Assembly: GCA_001786765.1 (NCBI GenBank)
Contig: MFTH01000003.1
Span: 1-44,509 of the forward strand
DNA from: Candidatus Nomurabacteria bacterium RIFCSPHIGHO2_01_FULL_37_25
GTDB taxonomy: Bacteria; Patescibacteriota; Minisyncoccia; Phycocordibacterales; UBA9973
Direction of reading: 5' to 3'
DNA length: 44,509 bases
The translations under genes were made by a program, and so were the position numbers. Numbering within the stretch: the stretch's first letter is position 1; every line of letters begins with the position of its first letter. This document shows positions 26,884-37,202 of the stretch, one piece after another. A model generated the notes under the pieces. That model was not told the origin of the DNA, searched no databases, and was given only the letters and a program-made list of their open reading frames with translations.

Positions 26884-29800
26884 TTAAATTTCTTTTACCG
26901 CTTCAATAATAATACTCTTTTCGCCATTGCGTAAAGATATTTTACCTGAGAAAGCGATACATTTTTCGGGAACGAGTATTTCTATAGATTCTTTGAAAAT
27001 AGATGGAAAAGCTACAACTTCTATTGAATCAGTCAAATCTAAAATTTTCAAGAAGGCCATTCGTTCATTGTTTTTTGTGACGACTTGTCTCGTAGTTTCT
27101 ATTATTCCAGCAATGGTTATTTGCGCTCCGTTACCTAGAGTATTGTTTTTATCTTCTTTTATTTTTTTAATGTTTATATCTCGACTTTCTAATTTCTCGC
27201 GAATACGGTCAAGCGGGTGTCCAGAAATATAAAGTCCCAATAATTCTTTTTCCCAAAGCAGTTTTTCTGTTTGTGTGGCTTCATTTGCATTTTGTAATTT
27301 AAATTTTTGAACTGATATTTCTTCTTTTCCGCCAAAAAGCGAATTTTGATTTTCATTTTGTTTATTTACTTCATGATTATATAAGAGCATAGCTTCTAGA
27401 TTTACGAGCATTACTCCTCTATCACCCCATTCATCCATACATCCTGATTTAATCAACGCTTCCATAGATTTTTTATTTAAGTTTTTATGTTTGATTCTAT
27501 TTAAGAAATCAGAAATTGATTTAAATTTACCATTTAATTTTCGTTCAGCTATTATACTGTCAGCAATATCAGTACCTAAGTTTTTAATTGTGTAAAATCC
27601 AAATCTTATTTTTCCTCGGCTCGCTGTAGCCTCTGGTGTAGGTGGTTCATTTCCATTTTGATGTCCTATTACCGTAAAACCGCCGTAACTTTCATTGATG
27701 TTTGGAGGAAGAACCGGAATATTCATATTTTTACATTCCTTGATTATTTCGGATATTTTTTCAATATCGCCAGATTCAGCTGTGAGTATCGCTGTCATAT
27801 ATTCGACGGGGTAATTTGCTTTCATATAAGCTGTCTGATAAGCGACTTTACCATATGAGGCTGCATGCGCTTTATTAAAACCATATGCTTGGAAAGGTTC
27901 AAAAAGTTTCCAAAGTTTTTCAGCAAACTGAAGAGTTTGTCCATTTGAAACAATTCCCTTAGTAAATTTTTCTCTTTGCGCCGCCATCTCGGCTGGTATT
28001 TTTTTACCCACAGCTTTTCGGAATTTGTCGGCTTCTTCCCAGTTGTAACCAGCTAGCTCAATAGCGGAAAAAAGCAGATCGTCTTGGTAGACAATGAGCC
28101 CATAAGATTCTCCTAAAAATTTTTTCATTCGCGGGTCCAAATATTTTACTAATTTCGGATTATGTTTTCTTTTTATATATTCTGGTATAGATTCCATCGG
28201 ACCTGGACGATACAGGGCAACCATAGCGTTTATGTCGTGGATTGATGTGGGTTTTAATTCTTTTAAATATCTGGTCATCCCAGAGCCATTCAATTGAAAA
28301 AGACCTTCAGTTTGTCCATTTGCTAAAAGTTCAAAAGTTTTTTTATCGTCGAGTGGGATGTTTTCTATGTCTATATTTATATTGTAAAATTTTTTTACTA
28401 AGGCTACCGCATCAGCCAAAATTGATAAATTTCTAATACCTAGGAAATCAAATTTTAAAAGTCCTGCTTCTTCAATAGAGTACATATCATATTGTGTGAT
28501 GATTCTTTTTTCACCTTTTGGATCATACTGGAGCGGAACATATTCTATAAGTGGCAGAGGAGAAATAACAACTCCGGCGGCGTGTACAGAAATGTGCCTC
28601 ACACATCCTTCAAGTTTTTTTGCCAAGTCTATTATTTTTTTTGTATCTTTTTCTGTTTCGCGCGCTTTTTTGAGTTCTGGCACTATTTCCATTGCATAGT
28701 CTATTGTCATCGGCATACCTTGTGAGCCCATAGGAATCATTTTAGAAAGTCTATCGCCTACAGTATATGGATATGATAATGCTCGAGCGACATCGCGGAC
28801 TGCGCCACGCGCCATCATCGTGCCGAAAGTTCCGATTTGAGCCACCTTATCTTCGCCATATTTTTTTTTCACATACTCGATCATTTCATCTCGTCTATTG
28901 TCGGCAAAATCCATATCAATATCAGGTGGTGATGGGCGAAAAGGGTTTAGAAATCTTTCAAAAGGAAGTTTGTATTTTATCGGATCTATAGTAGTAATAC
29001 CGAGCAGATAAGTTACTATTGACCCTGCGACTGAACCTCTAACGGCGGTTAAAATATTATTTTCCTTCGCATATTTTAAAAGGTCGCCGACCACTAGAAA
29101 ATATGGGGCATATCCTTTATTTTTTATAATTTTCAATTCATATTCTATTCGTTCTTTTATTTCTGGTGTTTCTTCTAGTTTAACCCTGTTTAATCCTGCA
29201 TAAGACAGCTCGCGAAGTTTTTCATCATAATTTTTTCCATCCTCAACTTTAAAATCAGGGAAAACCCATTTTCCAAGAGGAAGTTCTAAATCGCACATAT
29301 CTGCTACTAGCATCGTGTTTGCGACTGCTTCTGGAATGTCCTTAAATATTTCCAGAGCTTTTTCTGTATCAAAAAAAGAAAAATCATCATTGGAGAATTC
29401 AAATTTAGCGCCATCTTTCACATCGCCTTGGGTGTTTATCTGAAGCAATGTGTGGTGCGCCTCATGGTCATCACTGCATGGATAGTGCGAATCTTGCGTT
29501 CCGACGATTTTGATATTGTGTTTTTTTGCAAGTTCTACGAGCGCTGTTCGTACGATTTTATCATTTTCAACTTCTGGGTGGTATTGGATTTCTATAAAAT
29601 AATTTTCTTTTCCAAAAATATCTTGGTATTCACGCACAAGCTCGTCTGCTTTATTCATATCGCTCCGCAAGACTGCTTGTGATAATTCTCCGCCTAAACA
29701 TCCGGACAAGGCAATAATTCCCGCAGAATTTTCTCTTAGTATTTCTTTATCCATTCTCGGCTTGTAATAATATCCTTCCAAGTTTGCGAGAGTTACTAAT

Positions 29801-30129
29801 TTAATTAAATTTTTATATCCTTCTAGATTTTTAGCCAGTAAAGTTAAATGGTAATAACGTTTTACACCTCCGGCTTCTGCTATTCTGTCTTTACGATTTC
29901 CAGCTGTTATGTATGCTTCCACTCCGATAATAGGTTTGATTCCTTCTTTTTTAGCAAGTTTATAGAATTCAATCGCGCCATACATATTGCCATGGTCAGT
30001 GAGAGCCATAGCTTTCATATTGAATTTCTTTGCCAACCTCACCAAATCTTCAAGCTTCGAAAGCCCGTCTAGGAGAGAATAGTGTGAATGAGTGTGGAGA
30101 TGTATGAATTTTAATTCTTTTGTTTCCAT
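26884..30129 (-). CDS. dnaE: DNA polymerase III alpha subunit
   Basis: PHP HLHTHS/TDHGN, RGSVAGS, PDIDMDF, KFDFLG, YGFNKAH, C-terminal OB fold; start at METKEL (30129). Confidence 0.97.
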   Translation of the reverse strand: METKELKFIHLHTHSHYSLLDGLSKLEDLVRLAKKFNMKAMALTDHGNMYGAIEFYKLAKKEGIKPIIGVEAYITAGNRKDRIAEAGGVKRYYHLTLLAKNLEGYKNLIKLVTLANLEGYYYKPRMDKEILRENSAGIIALSGCLGGELSQAVLRSDMNKADELVREYQDIFGKENYFIEIQYHPEVENDKIVRTALVELAKKHNIKIVGTQDSHYPCSDDHEAHHTLLQINTQGDVKDGAKFEFSNDDFSFFDTEKALEIFKDIPEAVANTMLVADMCDLELPLGKWVFPDFKVEDGKNYDEKLRELSYAGLNRVKLEETPEIKERIEYELKIIKNKGYAPYFLVVGDLLKYAKENNILTAVRGSVAGSIVTYLLGITTIDPIKYKLPFERFLNPFRPSPPDIDMDFADNRRDEMIEYVKKKYGEDKVAQIGTFGTMMARGAVRDVARALSYPYTVGDRLSKMIPMGSQGMPMTIDYAMEIVPELKKARETEKDTKKIIDLAKKLEGCVRHISVHAAGVVISPLPLIEYVPLQYDPKGEKRIITQYDMYSIEEAGLLKFDFLGIRNLSILADAVALVKKFYNINIDIENIPLDDKKTFELLANGQTEGLFQLNGSGMTRYLKELKPTSIHDINAMVALYRPGPMESIPEYIKRKHNPKLVKYLDPRMKKFLGESYGLIVYQDDLLFSAIELAGYNWEEADKFRKAVGKKIPAEMAAQREKFTKGIVSNGQTLQFAEKLWKLFEPFQAYGFNKAHAASYGKVAYQTAYMKANYPVEYMTAILTAESGDIEKISEIIKECKNMNIPVLPPNINESYGGFTVIGHQNGNEPPTPEATASRGKIRFGFYTIKNLGTDIADSIIAERKLNGKFKSISDFLNRIKHKNLNKKSMEALIKSGCMDEWGDRGVMLVNLEAMLLYNHEVNKQNENQNSLFGGKEEISVQKFKLQNANEATQTEKLLWEKELLGLYISGHPLDRIREKLESRDINIKKIKEDKNNTLGNGAQITIAGIIETTRQVVTKNNERMAFLKILDLTDSIEVVAFPSIFKESIEILVPEKCIAFSGKISLRNGEKSIIIEAVKEI

Positions 30130-30157
30130 TTTTCTTATAATATCATATAATATAGTT

Positions 30158-31198
30158 ATGAAAAAAATTAAAGTTGGGATTAATGGCTTCGGGAGAATTG
30201 GTAGAGCTTTTTTGAAGGTCGCATGGGAGAGACCAGATATAGAAATAATAGCGGTAAATGATTTAGGAAGTGTGGAAAACATGGCATATCTATTAAAATA
30301 CGATACAGTTTATAGAAAGTGGAAACATGAAATAAAAGTAGAAGGTCAGGAAATAATAATTGATGGTAAAAAAATAAAAGTTCTAGCAGAAAAAGAGCCG
30401 AGCAAGCTTCCTTGGAGAGATTTGGGGATTGATGTTGTGGTGGAATCAACTGGACTTTTTGTTACTTATGACAAGGCCAAAATGCATTTGGATGCGGGCG
30501 CAAAGAAAGTAGTTATTTCTGCTCCCGTAAAGGATGGTGATGGCATAGCGCAAGGTGAAACTATTTTGCTCGGCGTAAATGAAAATAAATTTGGCACTTG
30601 CGATATTACTTCAAACGCATCTTGCACCACTAATGCCGCTTCACCACTCATTGCTATTTTAGATGAAACTCTGGGAATTGAAAAAGCGATTTTAAATACT
30701 GTTCACGGGTACACCGCTAGTCAATCAATCGTGGACGGACCCGTGAAAACAAACGGTAAGCAAAAGGATTTTCGAGAGGGAAGAGCTGCGGCGCAAAACA
30801 TCGTGCCGAGTTCCACTGGCGCGGCTATCGCAGTAACCAAAGCGTTTACAAAACTTTCCGGACTTTTTGACGGTATTTCAATGCGGGTGCCTGTGCCGGC
30901 TGGTTCTATCGTGGATATTACTTTTATTTCCAAAAGAAATACCACAGTCGAAGAAGTGAATGCTATTCTTAAAAAAGCGTCAGAAGATAAAAGATGGGAA
31001 AGTATTTTCAATATCACCGAAGAAGAACTCGTTTCCTCTGATATTCTAGGAAGTTCGTATGGGTCTATTGCCGATCTAAATCTTACTCGTGTTGTCGGAG
31101 GGAATTTAATAAAAGTTATGGGTTGGTATGATAACGAAATGGGGTACACATATACATTGGTCGAACACGTAATTAAAACAGGGGAAACTGTAAAATAA
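30158..31198 (+). CDS. gap: Type I glyceraldehyde-3-phosphate dehydrogenase
   Basis: GINGFGRIGR, SNASCTTN, WYDNEMGY; start moved to 30158. Confidence 0.97.
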   Translation: MKKIKVGINGFGRIGRAFLKVAWERPDIEIIAVNDLGSVENMAYLLKYDTVYRKWKHEIKVEGQEIIIDGKKIKVLAEKEPSKLPWRDLGIDVVVESTGLFVTYDKAKMHLDAGAKKVVISAPVKDGDGIAQGETILLGVNENKFGTCDITSNASCTTNAASPLIAILDETLGIEKAILNTVHGYTASQSIVDGPVKTNGKQKDFREGRAAAQNIVPSSTGAAIAVTKAFTKLSGLFDGISMRVPVPAGSIVDITFISKRNTTVEEVNAILKKASEDKRWESIFNITEEELVSSDILGSSYGSIADLNLTRVVGGNLIKVMGWYDNEMGYTYTLVEHVIKTGETVK

Positions 31199-31204
31199 AT
31201 TAAC

Positions 31205-31690
31205 ATGAAAATTTTTATTGGAACAGATCATGCTGGTTATGTGCTCAAAGAGCGTCTTGTGTCTTCACTAAAAGCTCAAGGTTATGAAGTTATAGATAAG
31301 GGCGCTTTTGAATATAATGAGGGTGATGATTATCCTGATTTTGTTGTTCCAGTTGCAGAGGAGGTTTCCAAAGATCCAGACAAAGTTAGAGGTATTATTT
31401 TAGGCGCGACTGGAGAGGGTGAAGCTATCACCGCAAATAAATTCCCTCACGTTCGAGCAGTTGCTTATTATGGAGAATCGAAATGCGTAGTGGATGACCA
31501 CGCGGACATTATCATTCGTTCCAGAGAGCATAATAATACAAATATTTTATCTTTGGGAGCTAGATATCTCACTGAAGAAACAATGATGAATGTGGTTAAA
31601 CTTTGGCTTAATACTGCTTTTAGCGAAGGTGAAAGACATGTTCGTAGGCTGGCAAAGATAGATAAGATAAGTATTAAAAAAAATATTTAG
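31205..31690 (+). CDS. rpiB: Ribose-5-phosphate isomerase B family
   Basis: GTDHAG, DDYPD, REHNNTN, GERHVRRLAKI. Confidence 0.9.
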   Translation: MKIFIGTDHAGYVLKERLVSSLKAQGYEVIDKGAFEYNEGDDYPDFVVPVAEEVSKDPDKVRGIILGATGEGEAITANKFPHVRAVAYYGESKCVVDDHADIIIRSREHNNTNILSLGARYLTEETMMNVVKLWLNTAFSEGERHVRRLAKIDKISIKKNI

Positions 31691-31702
31691 AATATATACG
31701 GA

Positions 31703-32419
31703 ATGCGTTTTATGAATAAAATAGTCCCAGCAATTTTAGAAAAAAATTTTAGCGAAATAAAAAATAAACTTTCAGCTTTGCGCGGGCTCGCGAAGTGCGC
31801 GCATATTGATATTTGTGACGGTGTGGCTGTGCCTAGTCAAAGTTGGCCTTTTGGCTCAGGTCACTTGGGCGGTTTTGATGATTTTGATTTTCAGAAAATT
31901 ATGAACGAGCAAGAGGGGATGCCATTTTGGGAAGAATTTGATTTTGAATTTGATTTGATGGTAGCGGACGCGGTGGAGAATTTTGATTTGTATATGAAGT
32001 TGGGACCCAAGAGATTGATTTTCCATCCCGAAATAAAAGTGGATATAGAAGAATTTAAAAATTTTTTGGAAGGGTTAGATATGTATATACGAGATGTTAT
32101 GGAAATCGGTATTGCTTTTAAGCCGAGTGATGATATGTCAATCGTGTCTCAATTCTCTCATAAAGTTGATTTTCTACATTGTATGGGTTCTGACAGGATT
32201 GGTTTTCAGGGTGAGAATTTTTCAGAAAAAGCTCTGGAAAACATAAAATTTCTTAAAAAAAATCTGCCCGGCGTAATCGTATCAGTGGATATTGGTATCA
32301 ATTTAGAAAATGCGCAGAGTATATTAGAGGCAGGAGCAGATAGACTTATCATAGGTTCTGGTATCTGGAAAAGTTCCGATCCAATTGGCGCGCTCAAAAG
32401 TTTTCAAAATTTGGTATAA
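31703..32419 (+). CDS. rpe: Ribulose-phosphate 3-epimerase-like protein
   Basis: HIDICDG, FDLMV, MG...GFQGE, VSVDIGI, GSGIW; some metal ligands diverge. Confidence 0.8.
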   Translation: MRFMNKIVPAILEKNFSEIKNKLSALRGLAKCAHIDICDGVAVPSQSWPFGSGHLGGFDDFDFQKIMNEQEGMPFWEEFDFEFDLMVADAVENFDLYMKLGPKRLIFHPEIKVDIEEFKNFLEGLDMYIRDVMEIGIAFKPSDDMSIVSQFSHKVDFLHCMGSDRIGFQGENFSEKALENIKFLKKNLPGVIVSVDIGINLENAQSILEAGADRLIIGSGIWKSSDPIGALKSFQNLV

Positions 32420-32426
32420 TTGAGCG

Positions 32427-33299
32427 ATGTTTCTAACTGAAGAAAAAATAAAAGAATTAGAAATAAAAGCGAATGATATCCGCACCAGTATTATTGAAAT
32501 GCTTTTAGAAGCTGGAAGCGGACATACGGCTGGCCCCTTGGGGATGGCTGATATTTTTACGCTTTTTTATTTTCATGTTTTAAAACACGACCCAAAAAAT
32601 CCAGAGTGGGAAGAGCGAGACAGGCTAGTGCTTTCCAATGGCCATATCTGTCCGGTTTTATATGCGACGATGGCGCGCGCTGGATATCTTTCATTAGAAG
32701 AATTAAAAACATTGCGTAAATTTGGCACGAGACTTCAGGGTCATCCGCATCGTGAATATATGCCATGGCTTGAAAATTCTTCTGGTCCACTTGGCTCTGG
32801 TCTTTCGCAAGCAGTCGGTATGGCTATCGCTGACAGAATTGATGGTAAAGACAAAGACAGATTTATTTATTGTTTTATGTCAGATGGCGAACATAATGAA
32901 GGTAACACTTGGGAAGGAGCTATGCTCGCAAGCAAGAATAAACTGCGAAATTTAATCGTGGTTGTTGATAGAAATAATATTCAGATAGATGGTTTTACAG
33001 AAAATGTAATGCCTCTTGAACCATTAGCAGATAAATGGCGAGCTTTTAATTTTCATGTGATAGAAGTGGGAGGGCATGATTTCAAAGCTTTAAATGAGGC
33101 GGTAGGGGAGGCGCAAGCAATTTATGAAAAGCCGACGGTTATCATTGCGCACACTATTCCTGGCAAAGGCGTGCACGAATTTGAGCGGGATTATAGATGG
33201 CATGGTTATGATCCGAATGTTAAAACAACAAAAGAGGATTACAATATGGCTCTGAAAGAATTGCGGACGCTTGGCGGTAAAATTAAAAGTGAGTATTAG
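32427..33299 (+). CDS. Transketolase N-terminal (TPP-binding) subunit
   Basis: GSGH, LSNGH, LQGHP, SDGE...EG..WE, NNIQIDG. Confidence 0.93.
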   Translation: MFLTEEKIKELEIKANDIRTSIIEMLLEAGSGHTAGPLGMADIFTLFYFHVLKHDPKNPEWEERDRLVLSNGHICPVLYATMARAGYLSLEELKTLRKFGTRLQGHPHREYMPWLENSSGPLGSGLSQAVGMAIADRIDGKDKDRFIYCFMSDGEHNEGNTWEGAMLASKNKLRNLIVVVDRNNIQIDGFTENVMPLEPLADKWRAFNFHVIEVGGHDFKALNEAVGEAQAIYEKPTVIIAHTIPGKGVHEFERDYRWHGYDPNVKTTKEDYNMALKELRTLGGKIKSEY

Positions 33300-33329
33300 T
33301 ATTTTATTTCAAAAAATTAATTAATAAAA

Positions 33330-34328
33330 ATGTTAAATCCAAATTTAAAATTAAATCCGAAAATTTTCAATGAGGACGTTGAGCAAGTGCCGATAAGGAA
33401 GGGTTTCGGTCAGGGGTTGCTTATAGCCGGCGAGATAAATAAAAATGTCGTGGCGCTTTGCGCGGATTTGACAGAGTCTACCATGATGAATTTTTTCAAA
33501 GAAAAATTCCCGGAGCGTTTTGTGGAAGTCGGTGTGGCAGAGCAAAATTTAGTTACGGTTGCTTCTGGTATGGCGGCTATGGGGAAAATCCCATTTTGTT
33601 CTTCTTACGCTATGTTTTCTCCGGGCAGGAATTGGGAGCAGATACGGACGACTATAGCTTATAATGACCGACCGGTAAAAATAGTCGGTTCGCACGCAGG
33701 TATTTCTGTCGGGCCAGATGGTGGCACACATCAAGCGCTTGAAGATATTGCTTTGATGCGAGTACTTCCAAATATGGATGTGTTTAGTCCATGCGACAGC
33801 ATAGAAGCCAAAAAAATGACGCTTGTTTTGGCTAAGACTAAGAGACCGGCATATTTGCGTTTAGCTCGTGAAAAGACCCCGGTAATAACAACAGAAGAAA
33901 CTCCTTTCACATTAGGCAAAGCAGAGATTTATTGGATGCCGGATGTGGGGTTGGTGCAAGTGGGGATAATTGTCACAGGAGGCCTGATGCACCGCGCATT
34001 GCTTGCGGCGAAAGAATTAGAAATGGAAGGAATAAAAACAAAAGTGCTAAATTTATCTTCCATTAAGCCGATAGATAAGGACGCCATAATATCTCTAGCA
34101 AAAGAAACTAAAAGAATTGTAACAGTAGAGGAACATCAAGTAGCTGGGGGAATGGGTTCCGCAGTCGCAGAAATTCTAGCTCAAAATTATCCAGCGCCAA
34201 TAGAGTTTATCGGAGTGCAAGATAAATTTGGCCAGAGTGGCACACCAGATGAGCTCGTAGAACATTACGGTATGGGTAAAGATTCTATCAAGAAAGCTGT
34301 GAAGAAAGTGTTAATCAGAAAAATCTAG
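33330..34328 (+). CDS. Transketolase C-terminal subunit
   Basis: GVAEQN, GPDGGTHQ, VEEH..GGMGS. Confidence 0.93.
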   Translation: MLNPNLKLNPKIFNEDVEQVPIRKGFGQGLLIAGEINKNVVALCADLTESTMMNFFKEKFPERFVEVGVAEQNLVTVASGMAAMGKIPFCSSYAMFSPGRNWEQIRTTIAYNDRPVKIVGSHAGISVGPDGGTHQALEDIALMRVLPNMDVFSPCDSIEAKKMTLVLAKTKRPAYLRLAREKTPVITTEETPFTLGKAEIYWMPDVGLVQVGIIVTGGLMHRALLAAKELEMEGIKTKVLNLSSIKPIDKDAIISLAKETKRIVTVEEHQVAGGMGSAVAEILAQNYPAPIEFIGVQDKFGQSGTPDELVEHYGMGKDSIKKAVKKVLIRKI

Positions 34329-34470
34329 AAAATTGAATTTTTTCAACACGCATATTTGCCAGCTGGCAAATTGCTATGCTCGTCGCTCAAGAAAATAATA
34401 AATGGAATACCATTTTTATTTTCTAAGCTTCTGCGCAATGTTTCAAAAACTCAATTTTCTAGATTTTTCT
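34317..34470. mobile_element. 154-bp MITE-like element whose TIRs supply both convergent stop codons
   Basis: Perfect 20-bp TIR AGAAAAATCTAGAAAATTGA (34317-34336 / 34451-34470) with internal hairpins. Confidence 0.85.
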
Positions 34471-35472
34471 AGCCTTATAATCTTCCGGAGCGTTTTTTAG
34501 ATATTCTTCTAATTTTTCTCTAAATAAAAGTCCTTTTTGCGCCCCGATTTCTTGGACAACGGACATAGAATTAATTGGTCCCCAAGTGAATGCTTCAAGG
34601 GGAGATTTACCAAGGGCTAAAGCAGCGGTGAAAGTTGAAGAGAAAGCGTCTCCGGCTCCTGTGCGTTCAAGTGGTGGAGTAATATCAGGGTATATAGGAA
34701 GATACCAAAGTTCTCCGTTGTTATAAAAATATGATCCTTTTGGTCCGTCACTTATTGAAACCATTTTAGGGCCTAAAGCTTGAATACCTTTTGATAATTC
34801 TAAGATATCTTTATTTTCAGTTCTATTTTCTTTTTTCAAAATCATTTCTGCCTCTTCAACATTACAAAAAAATATTTCTGTGCGCGCGTAAATTTCTTTT
34901 AATTTTTCTACGCCAAGTTTTATCTGAAAAGTTCCCGGTTGGAAAGCGAGCTTTGTATCTACATTATTTTTTAAATATTCCAATATTTCTTTATGGTAAG
35001 AAAGAGAATTGTCTGCTAGAGAACTCAAATATATCCAAGACACTTTTTTTAATGATGGAAGTTTATAATCAAAATCAGTGTGTTTAATTAAAATTGTGCG
35101 ATCAATGTCATACCAAAGCACATAATGATAATTTGTAAGTTTGTTTTTTTCTGTCGTGACATAATCAGTGATAACTTTATTACTTTTTAAACTGTCAAGA
35201 CATTCTTTGCCATGTCTATCATCTCCAATATTTGTGACGATAGCAGAATTTAATCCAAGGCGCGCCGCAGAGACAGCGGCATTTGGGCTATTTCCTACTG
35301 CAGGCACTACTGTTACTGATTCGTAAGGAATTTTATCTCCAAAACGCATACATAATTCACAAGCATCAGAATCTATTTTGCAATATACGTGAGCGTCTTT
35401 TAACCTTATAAATGCATCTATAACGATATCCCCAATCGCCAAGAAATCTATTTTATTTTTATTTTCGCTCAT
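34459..35472 (-). CDS. PfkB-family carbohydrate kinase
   Basis: GNSPNAAV, FQPG, CNVEE, DGPKG, ERTGAGDAF; start at 35472 (the track's longer N-terminus is repeat-derived). Confidence 0.9.
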   Translation of the reverse strand: MSENKNKIDFLAIGDIVIDAFIRLKDAHVYCKIDSDACELCMRFGDKIPYESVTVVPAVGNSPNAAVSAARLGLNSAIVTNIGDDRHGKECLDSLKSNKVITDYVTTEKNKLTNYHYVLWYDIDRTILIKHTDFDYKLPSLKKVSWIYLSSLADNSLSYHKEILEYLKNNVDTKLAFQPGTFQIKLGVEKLKEIYARTEIFFCNVEEAEMILKKENRTENKDILELSKGIQALGPKMVSISDGPKGSYFYNNGELWYLPIYPDITPPLERTGAGDAFSSTFTAALALGKSPLEAFTWGPINSMSVVQEIGAQKGLLFREKLEEYLKNAPEDYKARKI

Positions 35473-35515
35473 GATAATATTGTAGCATATATTTTTAAAT
35501 ATAATACTTTGAATT

Positions 35516-35640
35516 ACGAAACTCTTTCTAGGCATGTCTTTTTCTAGGGTACGGATTTTTTTAAGCTTAAAAAATCCTGAAGTTCTCGGCTCGACAGCCT
35601 CGAAACCCCCTAAAAAAGACATGCCTTCGACGAGTTTCGT
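35516..35640. mobile_element. 125-bp nested-hairpin element, copy A
   Basis: TIR ACGAAACTC/GAGTTTCGT flanked by AATT; 124/125 identical to 41014..41138. Confidence 0.9.
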
Positions 35641-35664
35641 AATTCACGATATAATAACAATAAT

Positions 35665-37143
35665 ATGTCTAAAAAAATAATTCTGTTTTTGGTTGGTCTT
35701 GTTTTATTTTCTTCTTATAATTTAGCATACGCTGGTCTTGTCATAAATGAAATCATGTATGATTTAGAGGATGCTGATACTGGTCGCGAATGGGTTGAAA
35801 TTTATAATAATTCTGATACGGCAGTTGATGTATCGGCTTTCAAATTTTTTGAAGCAAATACGAATCATGGACTTACTTTGGTAGAGGGCGATGCGAATAT
35901 AGGAGCTTATGGTTATGCGGTGATTGTTTCTGATAGTGAAAAATTCAAAATTGATTGGCCTAATTTTCCCGGAACTATTTTTGATTCTAGTTTTTCATTA
36001 AGTAACGATGGAGAGGCTTTAGCCATAAAAGACGAAAGTTTGAATATTGTTGATGAATATACTTATAGTTCATCTCAAGGCGCAAACGGGGACGGCAATT
36101 CTTTACAAAAAATATCAGGTTCTTGGAGCGTGGCGACATCGACACCTGGAATAGCAAATGAAACTGTGCTTCCACCTTCACCTCCACCAATTGTACCTAA
36201 TAACAGCGAAGGAAGTAGTGGAGGTGGTGGTTCTTCTCCAAATGTAACAGAGAATAAAACCAAGGCGGAAATACCAAAGATTAAAACTAAAATTATAACT
36301 AAAACGATTGCTTTTGTGGGTGTTCCTGTTTCCTTTGAGGCTTTAGCATTTGGATATAACGGGGAAAAACTTTTTTCAGGAAAATATTTTTGGAATTTTG
36401 GAGATGGCGATTCAGTAGAATTAAAAGGAAGTGATATAAATAATCAAAAATTTACTCACACTTATTTTTATCCGGGTGAATATGTTGTTAATTTAGAATA
36501 TTACACAAATCATTATGGAGATGTGCCTGATGCTTCTGATAAGGTAATAATAAAAGTAGTGTCGGCGGATATTTTGATATCTGGGGTGGGGGATGAAAAA
36601 GATTTTTTCATAGAATTATCAAACAACACTAACTATGACGCTGATATTTCAAAATGGATTCTTTCGAGTGATAAGAAAAGTTTCGTTTTGCCAAAAAATA
36701 CTATTATCGGTTCAAAAAAGAAAATAATTATTTCTCCAAAAATAACTAATTTTTCTATTTTAGATAAAGAAACTTTAAAATTAATGAACTCACAGGGGAA
36801 TAAAATATTTGATTATCAATCTCCCATTGCCCCAGTTGTCACAATTCTTCCAACCAAAACTGCAGATGAAATTATAGTTCAACCAAAGATATCTGCCAGC
36901 GAAAACTCTAAAGTGGTTGAACCGTTGGGAATAGCGCCTGCTCCAGCCGACCAAATTCCTGTTGAAAATTTACCAGCTTTGGCTATCCAAAGTGATATTG
37001 TAAAAAACGAATGGAATGCAACAATAATTGTTTATTTTGTTTCAATTATTTTTATTGGCGCTAGCGCTAGCGCAGTTTATTTTCTTCGCCGAAAGAAAGT
37101 TGTTTCTAATGCTGGAGATGACTTTAATATTTTGGACGAGTGA
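35665..37143 (+). CDS. Secreted lamin-tail-domain (LTD) / PKD surface protein with C-terminal TM
   Basis: INEIMYD..EWVEIYN, FSLSNDGE, WNFGDG..HTY..PGEY, FIELSN, TM near the C-terminus. Confidence 0.85.
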   Translation: MSKKIILFLVGLVLFSSYNLAYAGLVINEIMYDLEDADTGREWVEIYNNSDTAVDVSAFKFFEANTNHGLTLVEGDANIGAYGYAVIVSDSEKFKIDWPNFPGTIFDSSFSLSNDGEALAIKDESLNIVDEYTYSSSQGANGDGNSLQKISGSWSVATSTPGIANETVLPPSPPPIVPNNSEGSSGGGGSSPNVTENKTKAEIPKIKTKIITKTIAFVGVPVSFEALAFGYNGEKLFSGKYFWNFGDGDSVELKGSDINNQKFTHTYFYPGEYVVNLEYYTNHYGDVPDASDKVIIKVVSADILISGVGDEKDFFIELSNNTNYDADISKWILSSDKKSFVLPKNTIIGSKKKIIISPKITNFSILDKETLKLMNSQGNKIFDYQSPIAPVVTILPTKTADEIIVQPKISASENSKVVEPLGIAPAPADQIPVENLPALAIQSDIVKNEWNATIIVYFVSIIFIGASASAVYFLRRKKVVSNAGDDFNILDE

Positions 37144-37202
37144 TATTCATTTTTTAGAATTTTTAAGTTTCTTTTTATCTCTCATTCTGTTATATTCTTT
37201 TT

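Noticed and set aside
26884-30129. Intein or intron in dnaE
   Set aside because: The frame is continuous, length is ordinary and no splicing or homing-endonuclease motifs are seen.
30130-30282. Overlapping divergent N-termini of dnaE and gap
   Set aside because: Both disappear with starts at 30129 and 30158, each with its own -10 box.
35473-35622. 50-aa N-terminal extension of PfkB in the ORF track
   Set aside because: It reads through the 125-bp element; a -10 box 6 nt before ATG 35472 marks the likelier start.
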